Below, piece by piece: positions 9,392 through 19,703 of a stretch of 64,000 nt of DNA (its first letter is position 1; every line of letters starts with the position of its first letter). Source of the DNA: an uncultured Acidobacteriota bacterium (GTDB lineage: Bacteria; Acidobacteriota; Thermoanaerobaculia; Gp7-AA8); contig CAWGHO010000001.1 of NCBI GenBank assembly GCA_963822445.1, positions 832,001 to 896,000 of the forward strand, in the 5' to 3' direction. The translations under genes were made by a program, and so were the position numbers. The notes under the pieces were generated by a model. That model was not told the DNA's origin and did no database searches. It was given only the letters and a program-made list of their open reading frames with translations.

Positions 9392-10392
9392 CCGCACGGA
9401 TCGATACGGATTGGCAATATCGCGGCCTGCGCGCCGTCGTGCTCGAGAACGACCTGGTCCGCGCCGACATTTTTCCGGAGGCGGGCGCGAAGATCTACAA
9501 CGTGATCTACAAGCCGCTCGATTACAACTTCATGTGGCATCACCCGCGCGTGCCGCTCGAGAAAGTTGCCCTGGGTCTTCCGTACGACGACTACTTTTCC
9601 GGCGGCTGGGACGAGCTCTTTCCGAACGACGCGCCCGGTCCCTTCGGCGGGCTCAATCTGCCGGATCACGGTGAGCTCTGGTGCCGGCCGTGGGACTTCG
9701 AGATCGTCGCGCGCGATCCGAAGGAAGTGACGCTGTATCTCAGCCGCAGGGGCGCGGTAACGACGACTTTCATCGAGAAATGGATCACGTTGCGCGAAGG
9801 CGAGTCGGTCCTGCGCTTCCGGCATCGCATCACCAACGACAGCAAAGAGCCGTTCGAGTTTCTCTGGAAGCTCCACCCCGCCGTCGTCTCTTCCGAACAT
9901 CATCGTGTCGACGTGCCGGGCCGCCGGGGGCAATACGTCAGCGGCGAGTGGTCCAGGCTCGATCGGGCTAACCTCGACTTCGACTGGCCCAATGCAACCA
10001 GCAGCGATGGGCAGACCGCGGATCTCCGCTTCCCGCTCGCGGCCAGCTCCGGGAAGCGCGATTTCGTTTACGTGACCGAGCTCGAACAGGGATGGTGCGC
10101 CGTCACCGATACACGCAGGGAAGTCGGTTTTGGACTGACCTTTCCCCTGAGCGTTTTTCCGTCCGTCTGGCTGTTCATGCCCCACGGCGGCTGGCGCGAC
10201 ATTCAGACGGTGATCCTCGAGCCGTGCACGGCGTGGCCGAAAGACCTCGAGATCGCATCACGGCAGGGAACGATCGGCCGGCTCGATGCCGGCGCGTCGC
10301 TCGAATGTGAAGTGAGCGCGATCGTCTACGCCGGCGTCAAAGGCGTCGGCGGCTTCACCGAAGACGGTCGCGTGATTCCGGCGAGCGATTAA
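9388..10392 (+). CDS. Galactose mutarotase-like / aldose 1-epimerase-fold protein
   Basis: LENDL, GGWDELFP, DHGELW, WKLHP, LEPCT. Confidence 0.7.
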   Translation: MTARIDTDWQYRGLRAVVLENDLVRADIFPEAGAKIYNVIYKPLDYNFMWHHPRVPLEKVALGLPYDDYFSGGWDELFPNDAPGPFGGLNLPDHGELWCRPWDFEIVARDPKEVTLYLSRRGAVTTTFIEKWITLREGESVLRFRHRITNDSKEPFEFLWKLHPAVVSSEHHRVDVPGRRGQYVSGEWSRLDRANLDFDWPNATSSDGQTADLRFPLAASSGKRDFVYVTELEQGWCAVTDTRREVGFGLTFPLSVFPSVWLFMPHGGWRDIQTVILEPCTAWPKDLEIASRQGTIGRLDAGASLECEVSAIVYAGVKGVGGFTEDGRVIPASD

Positions 10393-11213
10393 TCCGGCTT
10401 CCTGGCGAGCGCGAACAGGCGATTGGCCTTGTGGCCGAGGACGAAGCTGCGAAAGAGAGCGATGGGGAGATAGGCCACTTTCTTGTTGCCCACTTCCTCC
10501 TGCCATGCGAACGGCTTCTGCCTGGTAGCCACGACCTCGAACTTCGATTGCCGCAGCAGCCGCTCCATCGTCGGCGGACGCCAGTAGGTGACGTGATAGG
10601 GCGGACGGCGCGTGATCTCTGTCGTCGCGCGTTCCCAGGGACTGTTCCAGTTCGGCGTGGAGATCGCCCAGTGGCCGCCGGGCTTCAGAATACGGAACAC
10701 CTCTGCCGCGAAGCGCTGCGGCTCGGTGACGTGCTCCAGCACCTCCCACGAGGTTACGGCGTCGAACGACGCTGACGGAAAGTTGCAGCCTTCCAGCGTT
10801 CCTTCGTGAACGATCGAGCCGGTCGACTTGCGCGCGGCTTCGGCCGCAGGAGGCGAGATCTCGACCCCTTCAGCGCTCCAGCCGCGATCCTTGGCCGCAT
10901 CCATGAAGATGCCGGTGCTGCAGCCGATGTCGACCAGTCGTCCACCGGCCGGCGCGGTGACGCGGTTGAAGAAATGCCGCCACGCCCAGGCCACGTGATA
11001 CGAGCGCTTGGAAATGCCCTCGGCCTGGTCGTAGTAGCCGCTGTAGCAGTGAGTCGGATCGGCGTAGGCCTGGTGATACAGATGGGGCGGCGGCTCGAGC
11101 GGATCGGCAAATACGAGACCGCACGAGACGCACCGCACCATCGCGTATTCGTTCCAGGTCATCTCGGGACGATGTTCAGAAGCGCCGCACAGCGGACAGC
11201 GGACCGTATTCAC
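10389..11213 (-). CDS. Class I SAM-dependent methyltransferase with N-terminal CxxC/CxxC
   Basis: CPLCG...CVSCG; LVDIGCSTG, EVLEHV, LKPGG, TPN. Confidence 0.9.
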   Translation of the reverse strand: MNTVRCPLCGASEHRPEMTWNEYAMVRCVSCGLVFADPLEPPPHLYHQAYADPTHCYSGYYDQAEGISKRSYHVAWAWRHFFNRVTAPAGGRLVDIGCSTGIFMDAAKDRGWSAEGVEISPPAAEAARKSTGSIVHEGTLEGCNFPSASFDAVTSWEVLEHVTEPQRFAAEVFRILKPGGHWAISTPNWNSPWERATTEITRRPPYHVTYWRPPTMERLLRQSKFEVVATRQKPFAWQEEVGNKKVAYLPIALFRSFVLGHKANRLFALARKPD

Positions 11214-12388
11214 GATGGGGATTCCCTTTCAGATTCAGCGAGTAGTTTCCTGTATTCGGCAACGAGCTCGCGCCAGATCACCTCGGCGGTGTACTTCTCG
11301 AGAACCCGCGTCCGTGCGGAAGCGCCATGGCGGGCGAGCATCTCGCGATCGGCGTAGTAGCGATCGATGGCGTTGGCCAGAGCAGTTGCATCTCCCACCG
11401 GGACGATCGCACCGGTTACGCCATCATCCACCGAGTCGATGCAACCGGCAGCGTCGGTCGTGACGGCAGCGATGCCCATGGCCGCCGCCTCGAGAACGGC
11501 CATCGGAAATCCTTCCCGATACGACGGCAAGACGAGCAGGTCGAGTCCCGCGTACAGAGAGGGCATGTCCGTTCCCCATCCGAGGAAGTGAATGCCTGGG
11601 GTCGTGGCAATGGCTTGCTTGATTTCGTTCGAGACCGGGTCCTGGTCCTCGTACTCGCCGGCGATGACCAGCTCGACATCGGAGTGGCGCTCCCGAAGCA
11701 TAAGAAACGCCTGAACCAGCTCGGCCACGCCCTTGTCGCGGGTCATTCGTCCCGCGAAACCGATCGCGAACGCGTTCTCGGAGACCCCGCTGCGCGCGCG
11801 CGAGCTCGCGCGTTGCTCGGCAGTGGGCGGTGTGAAGCGCGCGACATCAACACCGTTCGCGCTGCCGCTGCCGATCACGATCGTCTTCGACGCCGCGGAG
11901 AGCTTCTCTTCGACGACGAAGTCGCGCAGCGAGAAACTGTTCACCCACACGCGATGCGCCAGGGCGCAGGAGAGCTTCGTCGCGAGGTCGAGCAACGTTC
12001 GCGAGAAACCCGTTCTGGTCATTTGTACGAGTCCGATGATGGAGAGAAACGCTTTTGCTCCGACGGCCCGCGCCGCGATGGTGCCGAGCAACCCAGCCTT
12101 CGGGGAATGGGCGTGGACGATGTCGGGCCGAAGGCGGCGCAGCGTACGAATGAGCTTGATCAGGCTGATCGCATCGGCGATCGGCGAAATGTTCCGCCGC
12201 ATGGGGACCGCGACGACTGGCACGTGCTCGCGTGCAGCAAATGAGTCGAGGAGCGGACCGGGGGAGCTCACCCCGATCACATCGAAGCCGTTCTCGCGTA
12301 AGAACGGAGCCTGCCCGCGAAACACGTCGAGAGTCTGAGGGACTGTCGTCACATGCACCAGGCGGACGCGCCGGTCCCGGTCAGACAT
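11210..12388 (-). CDS. Glycosyltransferase family 4
   Basis: HAHSPKAG, AGRMTRDKG, LPSYREGFP..VLEAAA. Confidence 0.9.
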   Translation of the reverse strand: MSDRDRRVRLVHVTTVPQTLDVFRGQAPFLRENGFDVIGVSSPGPLLDSFAAREHVPVVAVPMRRNISPIADAISLIKLIRTLRRLRPDIVHAHSPKAGLLGTIAARAVGAKAFLSIIGLVQMTRTGFSRTLLDLATKLSCALAHRVWVNSFSLRDFVVEEKLSAASKTIVIGSGSANGVDVARFTPPTAEQRASSRARSGVSENAFAIGFAGRMTRDKGVAELVQAFLMLRERHSDVELVIAGEYEDQDPVSNEIKQAIATTPGIHFLGWGTDMPSLYAGLDLLVLPSYREGFPMAVLEAAAMGIAAVTTDAAGCIDSVDDGVTGAIVPVGDATALANAIDRYYADREMLARHGASARTRVLEKYTAEVIWRELVAEYRKLLAESERESPS

Positions 12389-13553
12389 GGGCCGTCCTCT
12401 CCCGAAGCGTGCGGTAAAACTCGATGCGCGTCGCCAGGAGTTTTTCCTGCTCGTACTCGTGAGCACGCGCGAGGTTCCGCTCCGACATCGCACGCATGCG
12501 GGTCTCGCTGCCGATCACTTCGTCGATTTTTTCGGCCAGGCGATCAGCATCTCCACGGGGCACGAGATCCGCGGCATCGAGGAGCTCGGGAATCCCGCCC
12601 GCATCCGACGCGACGCACGGGAGAGCGCGGGCCATGGCCTCGATGAGTGCGCGCGGCAGCCCTTCCGTTCGAGACGGAAAGACGAACAGATCGGCCGCGT
12701 CCAGCCGTTCGCGCACTGCCGCGCTGCCAGGCAAAGCGCCGGTGAACGTAACCCGATCCTGTACGCCGAGTTTCGCCGCGAGCCCGGCAAGCAGGTCGCG
12801 ATGCCTGCCGCCCCCGACGAACGTCAAGCGCACGTCGCGTCCCTTGCCCGCGAGCTGCGAGACGGCAGTGATGAGAAGGTCCTGACCTTTGTAGAGCTGG
12901 TCGAGCGTTCCCACGGTCACGAGCTGCACCGTGCCGCCCGGACGGAAACGCTCGCGTGCCGAAGCGACGAACGCGTCCTTTCCCAGCTGGACGTCGGACG
13001 CGGAGAACATCGGCCCCGCACATGGATACCGGCGCTGCAGATAGTTCTTCGTGACGTAAATCGCCGTCGCGGCGGATCGGCATTGCCGCGTCAACTCGCT
13101 GGTCAACCAGTACCGCAGCACGGGACGCAGGGGATGCTCGATGACTCCCGGTTCGAAGACGTCCCGCGGATCGCCCACCACTTCGCAGGCATACGGCTGC
13201 CCCGGACGAATCACCAACTTGCGGAAGAGTCCCGCCAGCGGAACGTTGCGCAGGATGACGGCATCGCCCTTCGCGACCGACCCTTTCACCGCCGCTGCAA
13301 GACGCATCGACGACCGGGCGAACGCCGCGGGGCCCACGTAGTACGGAAGCGGCCACACTTCGACGTTCGGACCTTCGACGGGAATCATCGTTCCCTGATG
13401 ACGCTCGACCGTGCGGACACGCCCCACCACCCGCACGGAGTCGAAGACCTCGAGATAAGGACGCCAGTACGAATACGCGAAGGCATCGGGCGTCCAGACA
13501 GACCCGTCGGGCAGGCGATCGAACCGCTGGTCGCTGGTGATGGTCAGACGCAT
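12381..13553 (-). CDS. Glycosyltransferase family 4
   Basis: YKGQD, FPSRTEGLPRALIEAMA, SDAGGIPE. Confidence 0.9.
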   Translation of the reverse strand: MRLTITSDQRFDRLPDGSVWTPDAFAYSYWRPYLEVFDSVRVVGRVRTVERHQGTMIPVEGPNVEVWPLPYYVGPAAFARSSMRLAAAVKGSVAKGDAVILRNVPLAGLFRKLVIRPGQPYACEVVGDPRDVFEPGVIEHPLRPVLRYWLTSELTRQCRSAATAIYVTKNYLQRRYPCAGPMFSASDVQLGKDAFVASARERFRPGGTVQLVTVGTLDQLYKGQDLLITAVSQLAGKGRDVRLTFVGGGRHRDLLAGLAAKLGVQDRVTFTGALPGSAAVRERLDAADLFVFPSRTEGLPRALIEAMARALPCVASDAGGIPELLDAADLVPRGDADRLAEKIDEVIGSETRMRAMSERNLARAHEYEQEKLLATRIEFYRTLRERTAHV

Positions 13554-13582
13554 GAATTCCTGGGGATCACTTCCCGCGAGGC

Positions 13583-14785
13583 CTAGGTCGTTACCGCGGT
13601 TCGCTCCACGGCCGCGGTCAGCCGCTCACAGACATACCCGACCTGCTCCTCGGTCATCACGCTGGAGAAGGGCAGCGCCAGCGAGACGTCGCCGAGGCGC
13701 TCGGTGACGGGAAAGTCGGTTCGCTGGTAGCCGTACTTGTTCGCGTAGAAAGGCTGCAGATGGATTGGCGTGAAGTAGGGGCGGCTGGGAACGCCGTCTT
13801 CCTGCAGAAGCTCGAGCACGCGGTCCCGATCTGCCGGAGGATTGACGCGAACCACGTAGACGAACCAGGACATGCGCGTGGTCGTCGCGAGGATCCGCGG
13901 CGTCTCGATCAGTTCCGTTTTTGCGAGATGCTCGTTGTACCAGCCCGCGACGCGCTCCCGTTTCGCCAGCAGCTCGTCGAGTCGCGACAGCTGGGCGATA
14001 CCAAGTGCGGAACTGAGCTCGTCGAGGCGGTAGTTGTAGCCGAGCCGCGTGTGACTCAGCCAGGCGTCGAAGACGTCCCGTCCCTGATTTCTGAGCGACC
14101 GGAACAGCTCGGCCCAGTCCTCGCGCAGGGTGACGATCACGCCACCTTCACCGGTAGTCATCTGTTTGTTCGGATAGAAGGCGAATACTCCCGCGTCGCC
14201 GAGCGTGCCCGCCGGCCGGCCTTTGTAGTGCGCGCCGATGGCTTCGCAGGAGTCCTCGATGATGGGGAGCGACCAGCGTTTTGCGACCTCGCTGATCGGA
14301 TCCATGTCGGCCGGTTGTCCGAACGCGTCAACCGGTAAGAGAGCTTTCAACGTGGGCCTCGTACGCCCGCGCATCCGGGGTGGCAGCCAGCGGTCGGCGG
14401 AAGGCGAATCGTTCATCAGGTCATCGACACACTGCGCGAGCTGCGCCGTGTCGACGTTACCGCTCACGGGGTCGACGTCGACGAAGATCGGCGTTGCACG
14501 CTCATAAAGAATCGCGTTCGCGGATGCGATGAAGGAGAACGGCGTCGTCAACACCGCATCCCCCTCGCCCGCCCCGGCGGCGATCACGGCCATGTGCAGA
14601 CCGCTGGTCCCGGAGTTCACCGCGACGGCATGTCCGACCCCGGCGTATTCGGCGATCTTTTTTTCGAACGAGACCACCTGCGGCCCGATGCTCAGAAACG
14701 TCGTGTTCATCACGTCGGCGACGGCCTGTCTTTCCACGTCGGTGATGTCCGGCGCCGACATGGGGATGTGCATCTTCGCGGTCAT
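13583..14785 (-). CDS. DegT/DnrJ/EryC1/StrS sugar aminotransferase
   Basis: NSGTSGLH, IEDSCEAIG, FAFYPNKQMTTGEGG (PLP lysine). Confidence 0.93.
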   Translation of the reverse strand: MTAKMHIPMSAPDITDVERQAVADVMNTTFLSIGPQVVSFEKKIAEYAGVGHAVAVNSGTSGLHMAVIAAGAGEGDAVLTTPFSFIASANAILYERATPIFVDVDPVSGNVDTAQLAQCVDDLMNDSPSADRWLPPRMRGRTRPTLKALLPVDAFGQPADMDPISEVAKRWSLPIIEDSCEAIGAHYKGRPAGTLGDAGVFAFYPNKQMTTGEGGVIVTLREDWAELFRSLRNQGRDVFDAWLSHTRLGYNYRLDELSSALGIAQLSRLDELLAKRERVAGWYNEHLAKTELIETPRILATTTRMSWFVYVVRVNPPADRDRVLELLQEDGVPSRPYFTPIHLQPFYANKYGYQRTDFPVTERLGDVSLALPFSSVMTEEQVGYVCERLTAAVERTAVTT

Positions 14786-14802
14786 ATATCCTCCGGGGCG
14801 AT

Positions 14803-15546
14803 TCAGCGGAACAGAGCGCCCAGCCGCCACAAGACGAAGGCGGCAGTGTAGCGAAGCGCGCCATACGCGCCGCGTAACGGGGTGCCGGCTCGTAGTCCAT
14901 GGCGCCAAACGGTGCGGCCGGCATCGCGGGCCTGCTTCCAGGTCGCGCGCGTGGGTGCTCGATACTGAATCAGCGGTTCTTGAATGTTGTAGTAGCGGAA
15001 TCGGGTCACGCCGCGCAGCCAGAGGTCGTAATCCTCGGCCCGCTGAATCGACTCGTCATACCCACCGAGCGTTTCGAGAAAGTTTCGCCGCATCATGACG
15101 GTGGGATGAATGAACGGGTTTTCAGTGAAGAGCAGTCGCGTCATCTGCTCGTGTCTCTCGTGCCGCTCGTAAATCGCGTCGCTGCCCAGCAGGGTGGCCG
15201 CGCCACCGACTACGTCGATCTCGGGATGGACGCGCAGAAACTCGACCTGCCGCTGCAGCCGATGAGGCAACGCAACGTCGTCGGCATCCATCCGCGCGAT
15301 GAGCGAACCCGTTGACGCCCGAAATGCGACGTTGAGCGAGGCCGAGAGGCCGGAGTTCGCGGCGTTATAGAGGACGCGAATTCTGGGATCGTCGTAGCGC
15401 TCGAGCCGTTTCCGCGTGTCATCAGTGGATCCATCGTCCACGACGATGAGCTCCCAATCACGAAACGACTGCGCGAGGATGCTGCCCATCGCCTCGTCGA
15501 CCGTACCAGCGCCGTTGTACACGGCCATGAGCACCGAGACCAGCAT
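14803..15546 (-). CDS. Glycosyltransferase family 2
   Basis: SVLMAVYN, VVDDGSTD, ARMDADD, EDYDLW. Confidence 0.92.
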   Translation of the reverse strand: MLVSVLMAVYNGAGTVDEAMGSILAQSFRDWELIVVDDGSTDDTRKRLERYDDPRIRVLYNAANSGLSASLNVAFRASTGSLIARMDADDVALPHRLQRQVEFLRVHPEIDVVGGAATLLGSDAIYERHERHEQMTRLLFTENPFIHPTVMMRRNFLETLGGYDESIQRAEDYDLWLRGVTRFRYYNIQEPLIQYRAPTRATWKQARDAGRTVWRHGLRAGTPLRGAYGALRYTAAFVLWRLGALFR

Positions 15547-15554
15547 CGGAGCAC

Positions 15555-16448
15555 TCAGGCCTTGCGGCCCATCACATAGATGACGTGATCGTTTGGCGGC
15601 TTCTGCCAATGTTCGTGCTCGATGCTGTAGCCGGCCCCTTTCAGGAGCGCGATCAGCTCGTCGTAATTCGGATGCCACATGTGCTCGTCGTGAGGAGCGC
15701 GACCGGTGAGGCGCCGGCCGACCGCGGCGAGCGTGTTCCCGAGACCTTCGTCGCGCAGCTTCTTCTTCGTGCGCGGCCACCACGAGCGGATACCGTGATC
15801 GTACGGCAGCGAGGACTTTCCGCCCGTTACATGCAGTCCGACCAGGAGACGCCCACCGGGCTTGAGCACTCGCTTCGCTTCCTTCAGGGATGCCGCGGCG
15901 TCCGCGAAGTGATCGAGGACCGAGCGCATGTGCACGACATCGAACGTTTCATCCGCCACCGGCAGCGCCTCTGCCACGCCCTGCACGAACGGGCAGGGCT
16001 CGGCCAGCACCGGATACGCGCGCCGGAGGTTCGGCCTCCGCGAGACCGACAGAACCGCATTGGCGAAAGGGTCGACGACCAGATACTTCGATGTGTCGCG
16101 CAGAAAATGCCGGAGCCGTCCATCCAGGCCACCCACGTCGAGAACAGCGCCTTCCAGCGGATAAACGTCCGTGTAGATCTCCCGGGTGGCCTCGATCTCA
16201 CCGGCGAAAAAGTCGTAGTCGTCTGGAAACCGGAGCAACCATTCTTCAAACTCGTCCTGGCCGTGCTGCCATTTATGGGCGATGTCCTCGGTGACGGTCG
16301 TCCGCATGAAGCTCCACACGCCGTCCTTCCGCGTATGGCTCTGGCCGCAACTCGTACAACGGGCAACGTCACCCTGAAAATCGAGTGGTGCCTTGCAGGC
16401 CGGGCATCGGATGAACGAATGGTAAGACTCCGGGAGGACGGGTTTCAT
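15555..16448 (-). CDS. Class I SAM-dependent methyltransferase with Trm112-like Zn-ribbon
   Basis: CPAC...CTSCG; VLDVGG, AEALP, SVLDH, RVLKPGG. Alternative start at 16460. Confidence 0.85.
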   Translation of the reverse strand: MKPVLPESYHSFIRCPACKAPLDFQGDVARCTSCGQSHTRKDGVWSFMRTTVTEDIAHKWQHGQDEFEEWLLRFPDDYDFFAGEIEATREIYTDVYPLEGAVLDVGGLDGRLRHFLRDTSKYLVVDPFANAVLSVSRRPNLRRAYPVLAEPCPFVQGVAEALPVADETFDVVHMRSVLDHFADAAASLKEAKRVLKPGGRLLVGLHVTGGKSSLPYDHGIRSWWPRTKKKLRDEGLGNTLAAVGRRLTGRAPHDEHMWHPNYDELIALLKGAGYSIEHEHWQKPPNDHVIYVMGRKA

Positions 16449-16466
16449 AGGGCGGCACATTCTAGA

Positions 16467-17633
16467 TCAAATGGAAGCGAGGAGAAGACCGATCCGGTGC
16501 GCCCATGTGTGCTCCTGAACACACCGCCTCCGCCCGGCCGCACCTACCTGTTCGCGCTCGTCATGATGGGCGAGAAAGTAACGCACCTTCTCGATTGCAT
16601 CAGGCACGTCCGCGAACGTTCCCAGCTCGCGACCGCTCTCGAAGAGCGGCGCGAAGTCGGGATTTTCGTGGGTGATGTACATGCTGCCGGTCATGGTCGC
16701 GTCGAAGTCGCGAAGCTTCAATGCGACGAAGTCTTCACAATGGCCGATCGTCCCGCAGCCGAGCACGATTCTGCTGTGGGCGAAGAGCTCCGGAATGTCC
16801 TCGGTCGGGATCCGGCCAGCCGGCCAGCCATTGCCGTATGCCTGAACGCGCACACCGGCGCGCTCGAGGGCACGAACCAGTTTTCCGCGGATGCCGTAGC
16901 TCGCGCCGACGAACGAGACGTCGTATCGCTTCGTGCCGTCGCCCGGGCTGAACAGGTCCGGATCGCTGGCCTCGGGGAAGAAAATGGCCCGCGTGCCTTC
17001 GGCTTCATACCAGCTCACCGTTTCAGCGGCATCGGTACAGCCAAGCGTGAGGTACGGCGCAAGTCCGCGCGTGCCGCCGTCGGTACCATCCGGCATCTTC
17101 CGGCCACGCCAGGCGTGGCGATCGTCCATGGCGATGTTCACCACCGCGATCCCGCGCTCGCGAAGATCGGCCAGCGTCCGCCAGTGCATGGTGAAGCCCC
17201 ACATCTGGCCGATGACCGCGTCGACCTTGCCGATGCGGTCGACCATGTCTCGCAACACTTTCGCATTGTGCTCGCGCACTTCGTCGAGCTCGCCGGCAAC
17301 CATCGGCCAACGCTGTCCATGCTGCCCGGGCCCATGCTCGAATACATGAAGGTTCGTCGACGCCCTCAGCGCCTGGATCGTTCCCGACCGATCCTGCTCG
17401 TAATCAGTGCCTACGAAGATCACAGTCGGCTTTTCGTCCGGAGCGGCGATTGATCGCCGGGCATTCCACCGCTCTGCCGTCAATCGGGCAATCGCTTGGG
17501 GATCACTGAGAATCGAAGGAGTGCCGTAATGCGCACACAAAGCGTTGTACTCGCGCTTCGCCTGCCAGCATTTCACCCCTGCGTTGACCGCTCTGGCGAC
17601 GGCGACTCTCTTCAGGATCGCTTTGAAACTCAC
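16467..17633 (-). CDS. CgeB/YkvP-like glycosyltransferase (GT1-like C-terminal domain)
   Basis: DVSFVG..YG.R, YGNGW, KLRDF, HTWAHR. Confidence 0.8.
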   Translation of the reverse strand: MSFKAILKRVAVARAVNAGVKCWQAKREYNALCAHYGTPSILSDPQAIARLTAERWNARRSIAAPDEKPTVIFVGTDYEQDRSGTIQALRASTNLHVFEHGPGQHGQRWPMVAGELDEVREHNAKVLRDMVDRIGKVDAVIGQMWGFTMHWRTLADLRERGIAVVNIAMDDRHAWRGRKMPDGTDGGTRGLAPYLTLGCTDAAETVSWYEAEGTRAIFFPEASDPDLFSPGDGTKRYDVSFVGASYGIRGKLVRALERAGVRVQAYGNGWPAGRIPTEDIPELFAHSRIVLGCGTIGHCEDFVALKLRDFDATMTGSMYITHENPDFAPLFESGRELGTFADVPDAIEKVRYFLAHHDEREQVGAAGRRRCVQEHTWAHRIGLLLASI

Positions 17634-18292
17634 GCCTTCAACCGCCAGTTTTCCCAGATGAAGTAATAGTCATACGTCAGCTCGTGTGTGCGACTGAGGC
17701 GCTCTCGCAAGTCGAGGCGGAGCTTCTCCGCGTCAGGGACGAAATTGTGGAACTGGATCTGGATGTCGCGACAGCGGGGGGCGATGCCTTTGCTCAGCAT
17801 CCGATCGAGAAGCGCGTATTCGCCGCCTTCGATGTTCATCTTGATCAGGTCGATGTCGCCGATCCCCAGTTCGCGAAGGACGACCTCGATGTCCCGAAGG
17901 TGAATGTCGATGTGCTGGCGGCTCTGGTGAAAAACGCTGGACCCGTCGGCCGACAGCGAGATCGGCATCGTCGCGTCGGCGTCGGAGAGCCCGTAATTGA
18001 AGACCTGCACGGCGCCGACGCCACGGAAACGTACGCGGATCCGCTCGCAGAATTCGGGCACCGGCTCGAAGACATATACCCGGCATCGGTAGCGCTCATG
18101 GATGTGCGCGGCCCAGTCACCGTTATAGCCGCCAACGTCGAGTACCACGCTCTCCGGTCCGAGCGGATAGTCGAGACGCAGAGTGTCATCGCCGCGATCT
18201 CTGATCCAGCGCCGATGGGCGCGAAGGAAGGGGTCGCGCGTGACGAAGATTCTCCACCAACGGCGGGCCGACCGAACGATGCGCTCAAGCAT
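17630..18292 (-). CDS. FkbM family methyltransferase
   Basis: VLDVGGYNG, FEPVP, DLIKMNIEGGEY, QIQFH. Confidence 0.9.
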   Translation of the reverse strand: MLERIVRSARRWWRIFVTRDPFLRAHRRWIRDRGDDTLRLDYPLGPESVVLDVGGYNGDWAAHIHERYRCRVYVFEPVPEFCERIRVRFRGVGAVQVFNYGLSDADATMPISLSADGSSVFHQSRQHIDIHLRDIEVVLRELGIGDIDLIKMNIEGGEYALLDRMLSKGIAPRCRDIQIQFHNFVPDAEKLRLDLRERLSRTHELTYDYYFIWENWRLKA

Positions 18293-19703
18293 GGGGCACC
18301 GGAGAGCGTCGACGAACTTTGGTCCTTGCCGGTGCCACGCTCAGGAAAAACCGCGGGATCCCGATCAGAAGCGCAGACGCCCAGATCGTTACGTGGACGA
18401 ACGCGATCTCGACCCAGAACACCATCAGACAAAACACCGTGACGGACAAGGAGGCGATGCCCATCCCCGAGTCCGCGAGTACGCGGCTGATCAGCAGACC
18501 GTACAGAGCGGCGCGCGCGAGCGGACCGTGGCCGCTGGCAGTGTCGAACACTCCGTACAGCGCGCCGAACAAGACCATGCCGGCGATCCCGGCCAGCCCG
18601 AAATGTGCGACCCACTCGCCGACCGCGGTCACAGCCATCTGGTAGTGCGTCGGGAGGTCCGCCCAATCCTGGACCAGGAGGGTGCCGGTCTGGGTCGTCT
18701 CCGTTTTGGTCTCCCAGATGGCGCGAGGCACGAAGAAGAACGCGGACTCGACGAATCCCTGTCCGCCCAGCCGGGTCGTCGTGGAGTCGGCTTTCGACAG
18801 TACGAGCGCCAGCGTGGCAATGTGTCCATGGGGAGTGAGAAGCTGCTCGATCGAGCCCAGGAACTGCGGCTCCTCCCATCCGGCCGTCAGAAAGTAAAGA
18901 TAGTAGTGAACGAAGTTGACGCCGATGGCAACGACCAGCACCACCACCGCGATCACGAACAGACGTCTGATCTTCACTTGTCGCTCCGACAGATAAGTCG
19001 CGAAAAAGGCGACCAGCGTAAAGATGAGCACAGCCCGGAACATCGTCGCCCACTGCCGCGCCATCAGCAGCAGGAGGAGGAGCGTCACGACGATCTTGTC
19101 GAGTGTCCCGAGGCGGCCGCGCAACCAGGCGATCACCCAGATGAGCATCAGCGGTACCGCTGACGCAGCGATCAGATTCGCCAGGACCACGGCCATCGTC
19201 TCGCCGGCAGTCTCGGTGGCGATGCCGAAACGATACGTGTACGCGTTTCGGATGAAAGGTAGTAAGCCTCCAGCCATCCGGATGCGCCCGAGGTGTTGTA
19301 CGAACCCGGCGAGGATCGCGAAAAGCGTCACTCCCATCAACAACAGCTTGTAGGGAGCCTTCCAGCAGCGGTCGAAGTAACCCTCCGTAGCAGCGTCTTT
19401 CAGCTGCTGTCGCGGGTGGCCGGCGAGCCAGGACGCAAGGGCGTATCCATAAAGGAACAGAAGGTATCCGCTGATGCTGACCGCGAGCGCTTTGGGCACC
19501 CAGGCGGCGGCGCTATAGGGGGTAATCATCACCTCGGGAAACTGATCCGGCAACAGCGCCTTCAATGCGCCGCCACTGCTCTCGACCAGAAAAAGCGCCG
19601 AATAGAACGTGAGCAATGTGAACAGGCGGCCGCGCGTCACCTGAAAGAGGATCACCGTCGACGACACCGTGAACGCGATCAGGCCAAGCATCGCGATCGT
19701 CAT
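18285..19703 (-). CDS. wzy: Wzy-like O-antigen/EPS polymerase
   Basis: About 10 hydrophobic segments, periplasmic loop with FFVPRAIW.TK; directly downstream of the flippase. Confidence 0.7.
   Translation of the reverse strand: MTIAMLGLIAFTVSSTVILFQVTRGRLFTLLTFYSALFLVESSGGALKALLPDQFPEVMITPYSAAAWVPKALAVSISGYLLFLYGYALASWLAGHPRQQLKDAATEGYFDRCWKAPYKLLLMGVTLFAILAGFVQHLGRIRMAGGLLPFIRNAYTYRFGIATETAGETMAVVLANLIAASAVPLMLIWVIAWLRGRLGTLDKIVVTLLLLLLMARQWATMFRAVLIFTLVAFFATYLSERQVKIRRLFVIAVVVLVVAIGVNFVHYYLYFLTAGWEEPQFLGSIEQLLTPHGHIATLALVLSKADSTTTRLGGQGFVESAFFFVPRAIWETKTETTQTGTLLVQDWADLPTHYQMAVTAVGEWVAHFGLAGIAGMVLFGALYGVFDTASGHGPLARAALYGLLISRVLADSGMGIASLSVTVFCLMVFWVEIAFVHVTIWASALLIGIPRFFLSVAPARTKVRRRSPVPHA

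Noticed and set aside
10389-10392. Convergent stop-codon overlaps (also 37311-37318 and 48515-48518)
   Set aside because: Common in compact genomes; no additional signal
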